Position numbers and translations under genes: made by a program. A DNA stretch of 34,023 nucleotides, taken from positions 1 through 34,023 of the forward strand of contig JTLS01000079.1 of the NCBI GenBank assembly GCA_000826855.1. The letters are read 5' to 3'. The notes under the pieces are model-generated. The model did no database searches and had not been told where the DNA came from. It worked only from the letters and a program-made list of their open reading frames with translations. Of this stretch, positions 1 through 11,971 are shown piece by piece. The number at the start of each line of letters is the position of its first letter. Positions within the stretch are counted from its first letter, which is position 1. This DNA comes from Basidioascus undulatus (lineage: Eukaryota).

Positions 1-13
1 GCTCTTCCGATCT
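1..13 (+). other. Illumina TruSeq adapter remnant (GCTCTTCCGATCT)
   Basis: The first 13 nt exactly match the common 3' end of Illumina TruSeq adapters/read primers and sit at the contig edge. Confidence 0.85.
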
Positions 14-550
14 AGGCTAGGGTAGGGGACCGCGGAGGAGGGTGGTGTTGGAAGAGGAAGGGCGTGAGGGAGTGTAGCTGGGGTCGTAGGCGTAAGGATG
101 GAGTGGGTAGGCGCAGGACACTGGGGAACGAAATCAAGTCAGTCAGGAGGCTGTGACGGGACCTGGGAGTGATCCGGCGCGTCCACGTCTCGCCCAAGCC
201 GACTCTGCATCCGGTCCAAGATGAGCAGGAAGGAAATGCTCACCAGCTGATCCTTGTGGACTGTCAAGATCGAGCGCGTCTGCGGCAGAATAGAAACCAG
301 GCTGACCCACTGCGAGAGACAAGTCCATTCAGCGCTCAGCGCATCAGGATAACAGGCGCCCCCCCACAAATATCAGGACGTACAGTCGCGCGCCGATAAC
401 ATCTACCGTTCTCACGGCGAAGGGATGCTCTAGGAACGGTGGAGAGTATACGCGCTCCTGGCGAGCAGCAAGGCGTGTCGCGTCCTCGCAGTTTGGCGCG
501 TCGGCGGCGTCGCGATCCTGCACGAGTCCGACGCGTCCGATTTTAAGCAT
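14..550 (-). other. Possible spliced transcript fragment of an unknown gene running toward the left edge
   Basis: Minus-strand donors GTACGT (~383) and GTGAGC (~243), acceptors at ~311 and ~121, the latter with CTGAC branch points. I could not establish a convincing reading frame. Confidence 0.25.
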
Positions 551-2992
551 TCAATGTGATTCCACGTGCCCAAAAACTACACCGGAAATCTTACAGATAT
601 AGTGCGCGCAAGATCCCTGCAATATTCCAAGCTGGACGGAGCGAGCGAGATAACGGTGAAGGGTGAGAGGACGAGCGGTTCCTCGTCCGCGCTCCTCGTG
701 CGCCTCGTCCAAGTCAAACCACCGACGCGCCCACGTGTTTGAACGTATTCATATCGCCGATATAGCCGATCCTCTTCATGCTACTTACAATCGCTACAAT
801 TAACCATAAACACGTTTGATACTCCGCAAATTGGAACCAGAATGCAAAGAACATAAACAAATCCAAAGGGTTGCGTTTTTCCGCCCTACGGTTGGGCTCC
901 CATGCATGGTGAACGCAGTCCCCCACGACTGGCAATTGCTTGGAAGTTAGAACTGGCCACTGTAACACAGCGGTCGATTGATATCGCCACCACATGTCCA
1001 AAGATGCTCAAGCCGTCTTGAAGTTGGAACAACGGAGTCAAACTCTTAAGTCGAGCCAACAGCAGTTCAGTGGGGACTCACCAAGCAAATCGGCAGTTGG
1101 TGCGAGGCTGTGTCGCTGTCACACCCCTGGGCACAATAGCGAGCATCATATCCATGTGGACAAAAGCACCGCTCCCAAAAGAACACCAATCCCACTTTGA
1201 AGATGACGGCACATAGCAGAGACTGTTTCGCGATTGGGAGCGAGCAGCTACTCGCCGCGGCAACACCCACGTTCAAAGCGGCGGATTCACTGCTACAAGG
1301 TTTCGTCATCTTTTGGCATGGCCCGCGATATACAAGCCCGCAAGAGCCACTCAGTTTCCATCGCACTCTTTCCACTCCGAAGCACGGCTGCATTAATGCC
1401 TGAATGGTGGCTTCGCAAGGCTGTGCTGAGGGCCCGCGATATGACGATCTGCACGTTCTCAAGCTCGATAACTCCCGGCCTGTTGCTTTTTTCTCTCGTG
1501 ACTTACTGAATACAAGGGCTGTGCTTTTGTGGGACCAGAAGCTGTCGGGGCTCAGGGCTTAAAAACTAGATACGCGATTCCCCTACTTCGCGCTTTCCTC
1601 ACAGTTGAATGGTAGACGAAGAACCCCACCGAAGCAGCGTACTGCCTTCACATTCAGGATGTTCCACCCTCCAAAATGCCACCTACCCTGTCCAAAGAAA
1701 ACGATCTGATGCTGTGCGTTTTGTTGAGCCTCGGGCGGTGCGCATCCTTGCTCAATCGCAATTGGAATTCGCAGACAGAAGCGCTCCGACCCTCCCACAT
1801 ACTGGATCATAGCAGTTATAATAATATACGTCATAGGTTCGACCTTCCTCTCCCCTCTCCCTCCCTCTCTCCCCTGGTAACGAAACTCACCCCCGAAATG
1901 TGCGTGGCAGCGGGCCTGCTCATCCTGACGATCGCCGTAGGATCGTCCTTCAAATTCACGGCTCTGCGCAACCTGAGGGCACCCCGGGGGGTGGGGGGGC
2001 ATACACTATGCGGAGCCGAGGTGGGACGGGGTTGGGCGCCGCCGGTGGGGGATGGTTTGGAGGGTCGGGTTGGGACGGAGGGGAGCAGGAAGGGGAGGGG
2101 GAGCGTGCGATGTATCTGGGGGAGGAGGGGCAGGAGTGGGTGGGAAACGGTGGGGGAGGAGGAGGAGGAGGGGTTTGCTCATGACGAGACGGAGGTTCTG
2201 TTCTTGTCTGGTGTGCTGTGTGAAGCAGAGTAGCACTGCAAGCTTTCGACAAGGGGCGCAGCGGTTCAGTGCAGGAAGGGAAGTGCTTGCAAATACTCAT
2301 GTACATTCTGGGGTATTTTATAACTTTCTTAAAAATCAGGTGAAGAACCAGCTCTTGGCGAAGGTAGTGATACCCGACAGGGACGGAGAACGTTTCCGCG
2401 TCTCCAGCGAGTGTTGCACCGTGTCTTTGCATCTGCTAACAATTGGGAGTCTGTAGTGGTTTGTGCTCACGAACTTTTGTTGTCTCATGTAATACCTGTC
2501 CTTTTAGCAAATAAAATGCTCGCAGGCTTCATGAAAACGCTGAGCATGCCCGACGCGTTCGTGGCAGACCAGCCAACACGAAACACATTGTTTGCGCCCA
2601 TATGTGAGCCTGGCTGGTTGATTAAATGTCGGGCCAGTCCAGCTCAAAATCCCCGGCTTGATAGGATTTCGCACACACATACAGCACTCCCTTATATATA
2701 GATATATCGCATCGAGCGGTAGATTGATGCCCGAAGGACAGAGTGTACTTGTGAAAAAAAGGCGAAGCCCACCGGCGACCGAGGTTGCTGACTGCGCGAT
2801 TTCTCACGCGGACTCCTCGCTTGGCAGCACCGCCCAGCAACTCGGCGGGATACGGACCACGCAGCGCTTGTTGATGACAGCACCCATCATCGCCGTGCAT
2901 CATAGCGAGCACGGCCATTTCATCGACGAGCAGCGCTATTTCCCCAACTCAAATCGCCGCATACCCAATCTTGTTCGTAGTCACCGCCAAGC

Positions 2993-4417
2993 ATGTCCGG
3001 TCCCCCGCCCTCCGATAACCGTCCTGTGCGTACTCGCTACGCTCTGATTCGAGATGGGAGCCCGATCGCTTACGGTGGTCTGATACGCTCTCCAGCTTCC
3101 GCCAGGCTGGGTCAAGCAGCGTGATGACCGCTACGGGCGGGACTTCTACGTGAGTCTTCCAACACTGAGGTCGTTCAATGTGGTCGCAGGGTAACCCCAC
3201 GTCATTTCAGGTCGACACCAAGGCGAACCCGCCCCGCTCGATCTGGGTGCGAACGATTCATCTCCCAGCCTCGAGCTACTCGTGCTTACTAGCAGGAACA
3301 TACCACAGGTCCACCCTCTCGAGGATCCCCAATACCAGAAGGAGAACCCCAGCTCCGGCTATGCACCGCCGCCCGGCCCTCCGCCTCCGGGCGGCGGACC
3401 CAGCCCGGCACCTCAAGATCGAAGCGCTGGCGGGCCGCCGCCGTACCAAGGAGGTCCTCCTCAGCGTAAGTTCTGCTCCGGTCATCTGCTGGAAGGGGCG
3501 CACACTTGCGCGATCGGCGATTGACTGAAGCGTGGAATCCAGAGGGCGGCTACAACCAGGGTCCACCGCAGAGACAGTGGGGAGATCCTCGTACGTCCTT
3601 ATCGCACTTTCTAAGTCAAGGTAGCCTCGCTCACTGCCGATTATTGAGCAGAGGGCGGCTATGGTGGTCCCCAAGGCGGCTATGGTGGTCCGCGTGCGTC
3701 TTTCAAGTTGCTTCCTCCGCATATCGTCTCTGGCTGATAAATTACGGGCAATTATAGAAGGAGGATACAGCCCGGGCCGTACGAATATTGCGTCGAACCA
3801 CGCGGACTGGCTAAAGCTGACATCGCCGCATAATCGCAGCCGGCTACGGCGGTCCACAAGGTCCATACGGCGGATACCCGCAGCAGGGATACCCGCCTCA
3901 AGGCTACCAGCAGGGCTACGCGCCGCAGCAGCAGCAGCAAGGCGGCATGATGAGCCGCTTTGGCGGTGGTGGCGGCGGCGGCGGGATGGGCAGCAGTGGC
4001 GGCGGGATGAACCCCATGCTGGCCGGTGCGTCCTCGTTTCCTTCCATCCGAGACGCCTTCAGCTTATATTTGGGAATGGATGCAGGTGGCGCAGGTCTGG
4101 CGGGAGGTAAGCAGCACGTTTGCCGTTCTGTTGGACGACAGAGACTGACTTGGCGAGGATGGGACAGGTATGCTGCTTGGCGGTCTGATGGCGCACGAGA
4201 TCAACGAGAACGAGCAGGACGCATACCGAGACGGTACGTGAAGGCGCCACCTCTTTTCTTTCACGCTTGACCAATGGCTGACGTTCGTTCTCAAAACCAG
4301 GTTACCAAGACGCGCAGGACGACGGCGGTGAGCACTTCCTGGATGGTTTCCTGACGAGAGCGCTTGTTGACCGATTGTTGTGTGCGGACAGGCGACTTCG
4401 GGGGCGACGACTTCTGA
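2993..4417 (+). CDS. WW-domain protein with Gly/Pro/Tyr/Gln-rich tail (Wwm1-like), 12 coding exons
   Basis: Spliced exons 2993-3025, 3096-3149, 3211-3246, 3309-3465, 3543-3590, 3652-3693, 3758-3778, 3840-4025, 4086-4106, 4168-4233, 4301-4327, 4392-4417. They give MSGPPPSDNRPLPPGWVKQRDDRYGRDFYVDTKANPPRSIWVHP (WW signature), GGY/GPPQ repeats and an acidic end ...EINENEQDAYRDGYQDAQDDGGDFGGDDF*. Confidence 0.88.
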
Positions 4418-5094
4418 AGCGTGGGAGAGAAGACATAAAGATGGGGTTGGAGGTGTTGCAGGGATAAAGATTTATTGTGGCGGGCGGGAAGTGGGAGGGA
4501 GGTTCCTGCTTGCTTTGACGAGAGGTGGTTCTTTGTGGCGTGAACCGACAGGTTGCGCTGCGCTACGTAAACACATACTTACCATTGGCCGACGTCGCGT
4601 TTGGGCTGAAACCATTTTCGGGATATTTGCTTCATCGATCTTGCCTTGAAGTCGTCATATCGTCAAGACTCGACTGCACCTGCTTCCCGCCGAACCCAGG
4701 CCACACCGACAGCCACACCTCTTATCACAGCTGGCCTCCGGCGAAGTCGGCTGCTCTCCAACAATACCACATCGCCGGCGGAAACTGAGCGGAGGTTATC
4801 TATTTCTTCATTTCCGTCCGTGGAAACTCTGCCTTCTTATCAAACTGGCAAAGCGGCCTCGCTTGCAGGCTACCTTAACCGCGCTGTCACGCGATTGCGA
4901 ACCGATCGGAGCGGCGTCCCGTCGAGCCGCCGCGTGGTCGCCAACACCTCTCCTCCTTCTTCCTTCTTCCTTTGCCTCTCAGTTCATCTTCTTCTCTCGC
5001 AGACTGACCGCATTCGCGATATAATCTTTCAATCATTCTGCGATACTCACAGCCATCACCCACCATTCTCCGTTTCGCTCGCTCGCTCCACACC

Positions 5095-7898
5095 ATGCCC
5101 GCTGTCGACTGGTCCAAGCTCACGCCCTCACGGGATCCCGAGTTCCTGCGCTTCCCCTCGCGCAGGAGCGTCGTGTTCTCGACGAAGGGCGTCATCGCCG
5201 CGTCGCAGCCGCTCGCGGTCCAGGCTGGGATCGAGGTGCTGAACAAGGGGGGTAACGCCGGTGTGTTACACTTCTCTGGCAATGCCCGCTGGCGAGCAGG
5301 CTGACCTTGTTCGTGATGCAGCTGACGCTGCTGTTGCGACTGCTGCGGCGCTGAACGTCACGGAGCCTTGCTCGACTGGTATCGGGTCAGTGTAATCTTG
5401 GGCTCGGAGACCTGGACTTAGCGTGCTGACGTCTCGCCGGGATGCGCAGCGGTGACATGTTCTGCATCTTCTACAACGCGAAGGTGGATCTACACATCTC
5501 CATAACGAGAGGCAACCCGAATGTCTATTGATAGGTCCGGGATGCAGGACAAGACTGTAAAAGCGCTCAACGGCTCCGGGCGCGCGCCAGCCGGCCTCAG
5601 CCTGGACGTGCTCCGCGAGAAGGGCATCGAGGGGACCGAGATCCCCTTCACCGACAGTACGCCTCATGGCAGATTCAAAATGATAAGCGAACACACTCAA
5701 GCTAACTGCCTTTGATTGTAGTCAACGCCGCAACCGTCCCCGGCAGCGCGGCGGGGTGGGTGGACACTGTCGAGCTGTTCGGCAGCAAGCGCGTACACAT
5801 GCGCGACATCTTGGCGCCTGCTATTCGCCTTGCGGAGGAAGGGTGAGTCATCCTCACTTCCGCTCAGATCCCCTGGCTGTAGTCAAGGCAAACGCTGACG
5901 CCATGGGGCTTGACACAGATACCCTGTCCATGAGCTCACCGCGTGGCAATGGGCGCGCTCCGAAAAGCTCATCCAAAACGCTTCGCCGAACGGTGGTGAG
6001 ATGCTGCTGAATGCCAAGGCGCCGAAGGCCGGCGAGGTGATGAAGATGGTACGCGTGCATTCCTCCGCAGATCAAGTACTTGCCTGCACGGCTCCCGATC
6101 CAAGCAAGAGCTGACTTGTTCACTCTGCTCGTACATCAGCCCAATCTCGGCGCGACTTTCCGCTCGGTTGCGGAGCACGGGAAGGGCGGCTTCTACAAAG
6201 GCCGCGTGGCCGAGGCGATCGTGGAGCTCGTGCAGTCCAGAGGAGGCGTGATGACGCTGGAGGACCTCGCGAACCACACGTCGACGCCTGTCGAGCCGAT
6301 CTCGTATACGTATGCCAACGAGGTCACGGTGCACGAGGTACGTAGTATTGAAGCCTGACGCATTTGCAGCATCGTAGGAGGAAATACTGAACCTTTCGAC
6401 CGGCTGCGCTTGACAGTGCCCCCCGAATGGCCAGGGTCTGACCGCGCTCATCGCTCTCGGCATCATCGACGCGCTCGAGCAGGAGGGTAATATCAAGCCG
6501 CTCATCGAGCAGGAGCACAACAGCGCGGAGTATGTCTTACAGCCTCTCCCAGTTCGTGACATCTATGCTGACCGACTCTGCCCTAAGATACATCCACGTC
6601 ATTGTTGAGGCTTTGCGGTGCGTTTCCTTTACTTCAAAAATGGAACCTTCCTTTAACTGATACTGGCGTTATGCAGACTTGCCTTTGCGGGTGTGTAGCT
6701 TCGTTATTTACTTTCGGCGATTTTGAACTAATTGCGTCTGAGCATCAGACACCCGATACTACGTCGCGGACCCCGAGATCGAGCACGTCCCGGTCAAGGA
6801 GCTGCTCAGCAAGGAGTACCTAAAGAAGCGGGCAGCGCTCATCAACCTCGAAAAGACGACGGACGTCTTGCACGTGCGTGTGCTCGTTGCGTCTGCTGGA
6901 GACTGTGCAGTCATGGCTGACAATTCCGCTGCAGGGAAGCCCTGTGAACAGCTCGGACACCGTCTACTTCTCCACTGCGGACAGCGAGGGCAATGCCTGC
7001 GTGCGTCATACTGTTCACTGTTCCGCATGCGCCTGCATACTTACGCATTGCTTCGCAGTCCTTCATCATCTCGAACTACGCGGGCTTCGGTGAGCTGAGC
7101 TCGGGATATCTTCCAGACACCTTGCGGCTAACTTTCTTCTCCGCAGGTACCGGCGCTGTCCCGAAGGGCTGTGGATTCACGCTGCAGAACCGCGGTGCGA
7201 ACTTTACGCTCGAGGAGGGCCACCCGAACAACATCAAGGGCGGAAAGCGTCCTTACCACACGATCAGTGAGTGCAGTTAGCGCGTTTCATCATTCGCCCT
7301 CTGACTGTTCTCCATCCACTCGACAGTTCCCGCCATGGCTACTCGCAACGGAGAGCTTTTCCTTTCCTGGGGCGTAAGTCTTGGTTCACCGTGCTCGCAA
7401 TTGCGTCCTACTGACAGTCTGGGTGCCGCAGGTCATGGGTGGTTTCAACCGTGCGTCCGCCGGAGTTTTAACTTTTGGAAATCCCCGCTGACATGGCACT
7501 GTCGATCGCCCACAGAGCCGCAAGGACACGTGCAGACCCTTCTGAACATCCTGCGCGGCTTCACCGTGCAGCAAGCGCTCGACGCTCCCCGTATCTGTAT
7601 CGGTGCCGCCCGTCCCGAAGTCGTCCCGACCGGCGAGCCCAGCACCGAGTTCGAGGTCGAGAACCTGGAGGGCAGCCGGTCCGAGATTAACACCGAGGTC
7701 AACATCGAGGACGGGTTCGCGCCGGAGGTGGTGGAGAAGCTGAAGGCGATGGGGCACGACGTTCGTGTACTGGACGGGCATAAGCGCGAGATGTGCGGGC
7801 GCGGGCAGATCATCCAGAACCTAGGAAAGGATGGAGGTGTCCTGTGGGCGGCGGGTTCGGATCCGAGGGCGGACGGGAACGCTGCTGCGCAAATCTGA
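5095..7898 (+). CDS. Gamma-glutamyltranspeptidase family protein (YwrD/LmbA-like Ntn hydrolase), about 17 exons
   Basis: Spliced motifs [92 protein letters not shown] (nucleophile Thr), [31 protein letters not shown] and AGSDPRADG. The 16 GT-AG introns keep the frame open. Confidence 0.93.
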
Positions 7899-8341
7899 GG
7901 ACGATACCAGTTATTGATACGAAATACCTGCCTTGACTTGTTGAACGGGTGACACTGAAATATTGAAAGGACAAACTTACAAACTTAAGTTGCTTCGCGG
8001 GAGGACTACCATTAGGTACGACGGCTTGGGACTGAACAACGGCCGTCTCGCCGCACGAGTGATGGAAACATGTCTGGAAACGGGAGCCCTGCTCGGCAGC
8101 CCTGTTCGCTTTCTCTTTACAACGCCGTTCAGTAGACTCGGAAGGGGCCAGTACGCTGAATGGAAAATCTGGCAGACAATTTACCGCCGCCCAAGCTGGA
8201 GACCGGGCATATCTTGGTGATAATTCAGGCAGTATACGTGAATTCATGACCAATATAAGCATGCGGGACGTTTGATCACTAACAACCGAACGACGAGGGC
8301 AATCTTCCCGCTCGCCGAGACGCTCTGGTGACAGCCTCAAA

Positions 8342-9003
8342 TCACCCGCATAATAACCCGCGAATATCGCTCCAAATGTAAGCCCAGGGACTAGCCCACC
8401 CGAAAGCTAGCAGGCCGAGCGCAGCAACGGCGATCGCGCTGCAAATTTTGGCGGAAGTGGCCTGCGTAGCGAGAACCCATAACAGCAGCCGACGGTCGAG
8501 CAAAACATGCCCAGAGGAAATAGCACGCAGATGGCAACCCTGACCGCCACCGACGTGCCCATTCCATCCTCCACACTCCTGAAAAGAATGAGATATAAGT
8601 CGTCGTTCTTGCGCAGGCGCAGCGTCCGCCGCTCGTTGCCGGAGTCGCTTGCGTTGAGGAGATAGACCTCCGCGCTGCGCTCCGAGTACATCATGACGCG
8701 TATGCCAAATACGAGAGCTACGGAGATCTGAAGGAACAGCGCTAAGAACGAGAAGGCTCTGGAAGCCCGGAGGAGCCGCGATGCAAGCTGGTTGCGATCG
8801 AGGATCAGGCCCAGGAGCTGCACCTGCGTCGCTGCGAAGGACGTTGCTAGACCATAGAAGACCCAATGAGTCTTCGGAAGGAAACATATGGCCTGGACTG
8901 GAGAACTATAACCGTAGCAGCCGTCTTGGAGGTGTCGGAGGTGTCGAACAGGCCTGCAGACCCTGCGCCAGGTACTCGGGGTGATGGACGTGCAGCCATC
9001 CAT
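8342..9003 (-). pseudogene. Multi-pass membrane protein of unknown family, frameshifted near 8489
   Basis: Hydrophobic segments (VFYGLATSFAATQVQLLGLIL, AFSFLALFLQISVALVFGI, VAICVLFPLGMFCSTVG) continue in another frame as LLWVLATQATSAKICSAIAVAALGLLAFGWASPWAYIW. The true 5' end is unresolved. Confidence 0.5.
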
Positions 9004-10597
9004 CCTCGACCTCCTGCTGTTCGTCGGGGCCCCTTTGATTCATTGTCTGCTGGTAAAAATGGAAGGAAGAACGCTCATACTTCTCCTAGGTTGATGGTGG
9101 TCCAATCGTCATCAAATTGCGACTGCATGTCTGCGATGAGGGGTGTTTTCGGCAGAGGGTAGAGAACGGTGAGGTGTGTTGGCGTGGAATAAGGGAAGTA
9201 CCGACGAGAAGCATCGCATGAGTTCCAGAGCTCCAGGTAACTACCGCCGAAGGGAGGCTGTGAGCAGGCTCGGCGATGCATCCGTCCTTGAGGACGGGAT
9301 GCCGAGCGTACGGGATCCTACTGAAAAAGCCTTTCCGACACGCGTCTGGTCTATAACACAAAATTTCACGGCTTTGGTCGACACTGGCGCTTTCTGCACA
9401 GCCGACGACAACGTCTGTCGACCGGTGCTGATTCCAAGAAGGCTCACAGCGTTTACACCTTCCATCCTTCCGCCCCCTCAACCAACAAACCTGCGTGCGT
9501 GCTCACGGGTACCATCCTTCACAGTCATGATCTTTCTCTTTACAGTTGTCTCGCCAATCCTGACCTCATAGAAGAGCGAACGAGACCCTACTACTTGCAG
9601 CGTTGAGACTGCACCAGCTGCTCTCCGGAAGGCGAAGAGCAGGCCCTCTGTGATATGGCTTCAGCCCCAAGCTGCTTTGAAAGTGAGAACAAAGGTACTT
9701 CGTGATTGTATTAATTTTCATGAAATATGGCTCACGCGCGCACTCAGTCCGTCCGCTCCCAAGCTGCGCCGCCGTCTGCCGACTCACTCAGACTGACGGC
9801 CCTGCTTAACGTCCCGACATGGTTGGCGGTCTGAGAGATGGGTCCAGTTTGGGCGAGGGTATAAATTTCAGCAAGATTGGGGGTGATGGTCGATAAGAAG
9901 AGGATCAGAGAACATGCAGTCCTGCTGATGCAGTGCAGTGCTGCCCAGCCTGCTAATCAACTTCAAGCGTACCTCGCTCGTATGAACACTTTTGCGCCTG
10001 TTTAAAGCAATCTTCGGCTCAATGCACAGCAAGTCATGAAAAATTACTAGTGAAAAAAAATCCAGAATACGCGCGCTGTACCATTCGGCCGTCGCGTTCG
10101 GTGCCAGCTCGCAGCTCGCCGGCATGTAATCTGCCTCTGACTGCCTCGCGCTTTCAAAGACGCTTCACAGCCCTCCGACTGCATGAGCCGTTTTCATATA
10201 GAGCACTGCGCACTCGGACCCGGATGAAATGAGCGCCTTCTTCCGTAAATTCATACGATTTCTTCACAAATACAAACGCTGACAAACTCTCAGGCATGAC
10301 CGGCTCTGTCCGCTCCGCCCGAGTGTCGATCACAGCATGTTCATCCAACTACAAATTGCTTTCCAGGCTCTATACATGCGCCCTCCAGTCTATCCCACTA
10401 ATGGAACCGCCACTTGTGACCGCAGCAGCGACGGGCCGCTCGCAGACTCATACCACCCGCCCCTCCCATTGACAGCCTGCGTGAGCGACGCCCCTAGGGC
10501 CCTGCGGGCAAACAACACTCACCTTGAAAGAACAACGAAGACCGGAAGGCTAGAGACCACGAAAAGGTCCGATTGAACAGCGTCTCTTTTTGCGTGC

Positions 10598-11056
10598 TCA
10601 ACTATCCCTTCCCTCCCATCGAAGAAAGTCAGACAGGCGGATACCATCGACCCAGCCAGACGCAGCGCTCGCCGGTCCACTCGGTCCATTCAAGCTGGTC
10701 GCCCCTGCCACGGAGACTTGCGCGTCAGCAGCAACACGAGAAAGATCGGTGTACGACGCGGCAGAGCCATGAACGCGCGATCTCGAAAACCCCCACCCAA
10801 CCTGGGCTGCGCCGACATCGGGAGCTGAAAGTCCCACCGAATGGCACTCCGATCCTCTTCGTACTGCTGCTGACGCGCAAGTCGCCGTTGTCCAGGACCA
10901 CCAGCTTCATGAACCGGTTCGACCCGGAAGAGCTGGGGCCGGTTGCTGGCATCCGGAGGTTGTCGAAGGGACGCGCTGGACCTGCGAGGGCAACGGCGGT
11001 GAGGTGGTGGTAGTGCAAAGCGTCGTGAGGGCTAGGTAAGGCGAAGGCTAGCGACA
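10598..11056 (-). CDS. Hypothetical protein (possibly degenerate)
   Basis: ATG preceded by a pyrimidine-rich leader. ORF MSLAFALPSPH... joins in phase to ORF 10598-10824 through a short 40-nt GT-AG intron (10825-10864). No recognisable domain. Confidence 0.25.
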
Positions 11057-11971
11057 TTGGGGATGAAGGGGAAGGATGAGACCATAGAGGGATATGAAGG
11101 ACAAAGAAAAGAAACTAAGGCCCTGGTTTCGCGAGTACAGGGCTGTTGGGCTGACGCAGCGGCGGAACGGCTTTCAGGCTTGTTTGCATGCAAACTCGTC
11201 TGTACACGTTGCAGACGAGTGCGAAATTACTGAATATTATTATAGGTCGATAAAAATACCTCGAAGTGCGGTAGTGAGGAGCTCCACCAGACTATGTCCT
11301 AGCAACCCCCGGTGCAGCGCAAGCGATTTCTGGTCCAGCACCCAAATTAAACGGTTCATCCTCAGACGAGAAAGGACGCTCCAGCACAGACTCGTTGAAT
11401 GTCCTCGTACCTATCTATGCAAGAAATGTACATGTGCTAGATGTCAAAAGCCTGACAGGCGGTGCGATGCAACGCTAACCTCTGAAACTCAGGACGCTGG
11501 GACCTGGCAGCCTTTGACCTCTCATTGCATTCCACCTGAAAGACATAACTTCCAAACCTCCAACACGCATCCTGTTTCCGCTCACCGGTTCCGCGTCCGA
11601 GGCACCCCCAGTCTAGCAAGCGAGCTAGACGTGCAGCTGCCTTCCTTCCCTGCTTTTTTCGTCAGAGTCCTTCCCAGCCGACCTCACAGTCCTAGTAAGC
11701 TCTCGAGAAGATACGAACATGTTCAGCATTGATTTAGAACTATTGTCAGAAACGACCACAGGCCCATCTTCAGATGAATCCCAATACGGCTTACAAGAGC
11801 AGAAAACGGTGAGTCGAAAAACTGTGAAATATAGACTGGGCGGAAACAATCCACTTGCCATCTCGAAACACTTTCCGAGCCGGACGCGCCCTTGTTGGCT
11901 CCACCACTTCTTGATCAGTCCTGCGTCCCCAGCTTGCTATTCCGCTCGTTGTTTGACTGTCCACGGACTCC

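Noticed and set aside
669..712. Short GGACGAG/CTCGTCC inverted and repeated motifs
   Set aside because: The 7-bp stem in GC-rich DNA has no partner elsewhere to define a transposon terminus.
700..2240. Minus-strand splice-like signals and Pro-rich ORFs suggesting a degenerate multi-exon gene
   Set aside because: Candidate exons contain several stops and no recognisable domain, so no consistent gene model could be built.
11094..11732. 212-aa ORF with a Cys cluster (CPRTYLCKKCTCARC)
   Set aside because: No codon bias or recognisable zinc-finger spacing, and it lies in a probable divergent promoter region.
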